The notes under the pieces: generated by a model
What the model was told of the DNA's origin: nothing
Seen by the model: the letters and a program-made list of their open reading frames with translations, nothing else
Database searches by the model: none
Assembly: GCA_038236615.1 (NCBI GenBank)
Contig: JBBRZO010000007.1
Coordinates: 25,780-89,779 of the forward strand
DNA length: 64,000 nt
Direction: 5' to 3'
Source: Caulobacterales bacterium
GTDB taxonomy: Bacteria; Pseudomonadota; Alphaproteobacteria; Caulobacterales; Caulobacteraceae
Made by a program: the position numbers and the translations under genes
Shown here: positions 61,162-64,000 of the stretch, piece after piece
How the letters are laid out: each line of letters begins with the position of its first letter
Position numbering within the stretch: position 1 is the first letter of the stretch

Positions 61162-63723
61162 ATGTTCCAACGCCTGACCCGCGCGGCGGCGCTCGCCACG
61201 GCCCTGATCCTGGCCGCCTGCGCGCCCCGGATGGACACGCGCCAGGTCCTGCCGCCCGGCGTCACGCCCCTCCATTACGACATCAGCGTGGTCCCCGACG
61301 CGGCCAACCTGCGGTTCGGCGGCACGATGAGCGCCGACATCCTGCTCAGCGCCCCGACCACGACCCTGACCCTCAACGCCGCCAACCTGAAGTTCTTCAA
61401 GGTCGCCGTGGACGGTCGCACCGCGGACCTGAAGATCGCCTATGACCAGGACGCCCAGCAGGCCAGCCTGACCTTCCCCGCCGCGCTGGCCACCGGCAAA
61501 CACCGCCTGACCATCGACTACACCGGCCGCATCGAGCAGCAGGCCCAGGGCCTGTTCGCCATCGACTATGACGGCGCTTCTGGCGAGAAGAAGCGGCTGC
61601 TGGCCACCCAGTTCGAAAGCCCCGACGCCCGCCGCTTCGCGCCCCTGTGGGACGAGCCGGCCCTGAAGGCGACCTTCACCCTCAGCGTCAGCGCGCCCAA
61701 GGACCAGCTGGTGGTCTCCAACATGCCGGCCGCCGCGACGGCGGACCTGGGCAACGGCCTGACCAGGACCACCTTCCAGCAGACCCCGAAAATGAGCTCC
61801 TACCTGCTGTTCATGGCCATGGGCGATCTGGAGCGGGTGCACCGCCAGATCGGCAAGGTCGATGTCGGGGTGGTGGTCAAACGCGGCTCGACCGCCCAGG
61901 CCGCGTACGCCCTCGACGCCGCCTCGCAGCTGCTGCCCTATTACGACGACTATTTCGGCGCGCCCTACCCGCTGCCCAAGCTGGACATGGTGGCCATCCC
62001 CGGCGGCTCGACCGAGTTCTCGGCCATGGAGAACTGGGGGGCCATTCTCTATTTCGAGAAGGCCGTGCTGGTCGACGCCGCCGTCTCCTCGCAGGAAGAC
62101 CGGCAGAACGCCTTTACCACCATCGCCCACGAGATGGCCCACCAGTGGTTCGGCGATCTGGTGACCATGAAGTGGTGGGACGACATCTGGCTGAACGAAG
62201 GCTTCGCCGCCTGGATGCAGACCAAGGCCACCGACCACTTCCACCCCGAATGGTCGATCTGGCTGCAGGCCCAGGCCGGCAGCAACGGGGCCAAGGACCT
62301 CGACGCCCGCGCCGCCACCCACCCGGTCGTGGTCCAGGTCGACGACGCCCGCGACACCCCCTTCGACACCATCTCCTACCAGAAGGGCCAGGCGGTCATC
62401 CGGATGATCGAGGCCTATGTCGGCGAGGACCGCTTCCGCACCGCCCTGCGCCGCTACATGGCCAAGCACGCCTACGGCAACGCCACCAGCGCCGACCTGT
62501 GGGCCGAAGTCCAGGCCGCTTCGGGCCAGCCGATCCTGGCCATCGCCAAGAGCTTCACCACCCAGAGCGGCGTGCCCCTGGTCAAGGCTTCGAGCAGTCT
62601 GGGCGTCATCCGGCTGCGGCAGACGCGGTTCGGCGTCGATCGCCAATCGCAGGCCTGGCGGAACTGGAATATCCCGGTGCGGGTGGATGGCGAGCGCCTG
62701 GTCCTGACGCCCGGCCACAGCCTGCGCTTCGAAACTGGCGGCCTTGGCGTCGTTAACAGCGGCCAGACCGGCTATTTCCGTACCGACTACGACGACCGCA
62801 GCTTCGCGGGCCTGGGGGACCGCTTTTCCCAGCTTCCCGCCGCCGACCAACTGGGCCTGCTGAACGACAGCTGGGCCCTGGGCGAGGCCGGGACCGAGCC
62901 GCTGGCCCGCTGGTTCGCCCTGGCCGGCAAGCTGCCCGCCGACGCCAATCCCATCGTCTGGATCCGGGTCGCCGACACGCTCGAGAACGTCGACGGCCTC
63001 TATGACAACGACCCGCGCCAGGCCGCCTTCCGGGCCCGGGCCCGCGCCCTGCTGGCCCCGGTCTGGGCTCGCGTCGGCTGGACGCCCCGGCCCGGCGAGC
63101 CGCCGACCGCCATCCTGTTGCGCACCCAGCTGATCCAGTCCCTCGGCCGCTTCGATGACCCCGTCGTCCTGGCCGAGGCTCGGGCGCGCTACCAACGGAT
63201 GGACACTGACGTCACGGCCATGCCCGCCGCCATCCGCAACGCGGCGCTGAAGGTGGTGGCCAGCCATGCCGACAGCGCGACCTGGGAGGCCCTGCATGCC
63301 AAGGCGGCGACTTCGAAAAACGCCCTGGAGAAGCAGCAGTTCTACACCGTGCTGGGCGCGGTCCGGGATCCGGATCTGGCCCGCCGCACCCTGGCCCTGG
63401 CCCTCAGCGACGAGCCGCCGATCACGCTTCGGCCCGTGCTGCTGCGCGAGGTCAGCCGGCGCTACGCCGCCCTGACCTGGGACTTCCTGCTGCGGAACCG
63501 CGCCAAGGCCGACGCCCAGTTCGCGCCGGAGGGCGTGGCCGCCGTGCTGCCCCGGCTGGTTTCCGCGACCAACGACCCGGCCCTGGCGGCCCGCATGCGG
63601 ACCTGGGCCCTGGCCAATGGCGGTGTCGGGACGCGGCTGAGGGCCGGCCTGTCAGCCGTCGAAAACCGCGCCGAAGTCAGGAAGACGCGGCTGGGCGAGG
63701 TGGACCGGTGGGTGAAGGGGTGA
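61162..63723 (+). CDS. M1 family aminopeptidase with ERAP1-like C-terminus, lipoprotein
   Basis: ILAAC lipobox, ATQFESPDARR, AMENWG, HEMAH-x18-E (NEGFA), YQKG. Confidence 0.95.
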   Translation: MFQRLTRAAALATALILAACAPRMDTRQVLPPGVTPLHYDISVVPDAANLRFGGTMSADILLSAPTTTLTLNAANLKFFKVAVDGRTADLKIAYDQDAQQASLTFPAALATGKHRLTIDYTGRIEQQAQGLFAIDYDGASGEKKRLLATQFESPDARRFAPLWDEPALKATFTLSVSAPKDQLVVSNMPAAATADLGNGLTRTTFQQTPKMSSYLLFMAMGDLERVHRQIGKVDVGVVVKRGSTAQAAYALDAASQLLPYYDDYFGAPYPLPKLDMVAIPGGSTEFSAMENWGAILYFEKAVLVDAAVSSQEDRQNAFTTIAHEMAHQWFGDLVTMKWWDDIWLNEGFAAWMQTKATDHFHPEWSIWLQAQAGSNGAKDLDARAATHPVVVQVDDARDTPFDTISYQKGQAVIRMIEAYVGEDRFRTALRRYMAKHAYGNATSADLWAEVQAASGQPILAIAKSFTTQSGVPLVKASSSLGVIRLRQTRFGVDRQSQAWRNWNIPVRVDGERLVLTPGHSLRFETGGLGVVNSGQTGYFRTDYDDRSFAGLGDRFSQLPAADQLGLLNDSWALGEAGTEPLARWFALAGKLPADANPIVWIRVADTLENVDGLYDNDPRQAAFRARARALLAPVWARVGWTPRPGEPPTAILLRTQLIQSLGRFDDPVVLAEARARYQRMDTDVTAMPAAIRNAALKVVASHADSATWEALHAKAATSKNALEKQQFYTVLGAVRDPDLARRTLALALSDEPPITLRPVLLREVSRRYAALTWDFLLRNRAKADAQFAPEGVAAVLPRLVSATNDPALAARMRTWALANGGVGTRLRAGLSAVENRAEVRKTRLGEVDRWVKG

Positions 63724-64000
63724 TCAGTCCCCGGTGTAGCGATAAACGCTGGTCTCGCAGACATCGATGCCATGGCGGATCAGCACATCGCCGTCGCTGA
63801 ACACCGCCTTGAAGTCGTATTTGCAGTAGCCGGTGCCGTCGTCGACATTGACCGTCACCGACCCGCCGGGCTTGAGCATGTCCGAACCCAGGATGTCCTC
63901 TTCCCAGTCGTTCTGGCCGACGTTGGAGGCGTAGAACTGCACGATGGTGTGGTCGGTCTCGTTGATGATCTTGACGCGGCGGTCCTCGGCCAGGGCCGGG
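63724..64000 (-). CDS. Small exported hypothetical protein, 3' part (start beyond window)
   Basis: ...PALAEDRRVKIINETDHTIVQFYASNVGQNDWEEDILG...GYCKYDFKAVF...VC, with a Cys pair. Confidence 0.8.
   Translation of the reverse strand, partial: PALAEDRRVKIINETDHTIVQFYASNVGQNDWEEDILGSDMLKPGGSVTVNVDDGTGYCKYDFKAVFSDGDVLIRHGIDVCETSVYRYTGD

Overview
GC-rich alphaproteobacterial chromosome segment, most consistent with Caulobacteraceae (Caulobacter/Phenylobacterium-like; inferred from gene order and protein style). The core genes are gltB(partial)-gltD, uppP, tRNA-Leu(CAG), rnd-lptCAB, rpoN-hpf-ptsN, dapF, mtaB, ftsY-ispZ, dut-coaBC, ubiB-ubiE, mutM, rpsT-dnaA. Other genes include three S9 peptidases, a PAS hybrid kinase, a TonB receptor/PiuC pair behind a Fur-like box, fdhD-ydeP-mobA, an ECF sigma/anti-sigma/cupredoxin/metallophosphoesterase module and an M1 aminopeptidase. 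Two things stand out. (1) A low-GC two-gene island (23.8-26.3 kb) with no mobility genes encodes a Sll1717/FunZ-like P-loop ATPase overlapping an FRG-domain gene; it is the best candidate for an undescribed anti-phage or conflict system. (2) About 14 REP/REPIN-like intergenic palindromic elements fall into at least three families. They have near-constant lengths and variable cores, nest inside one another, supply protein C-termini, and often sit next to small accessory genes inserted into conserved operons. No integrase, transposase, CRISPR array or rRNA was seen. Start codons were chosen by eye where the ORF track gave over-long frames.
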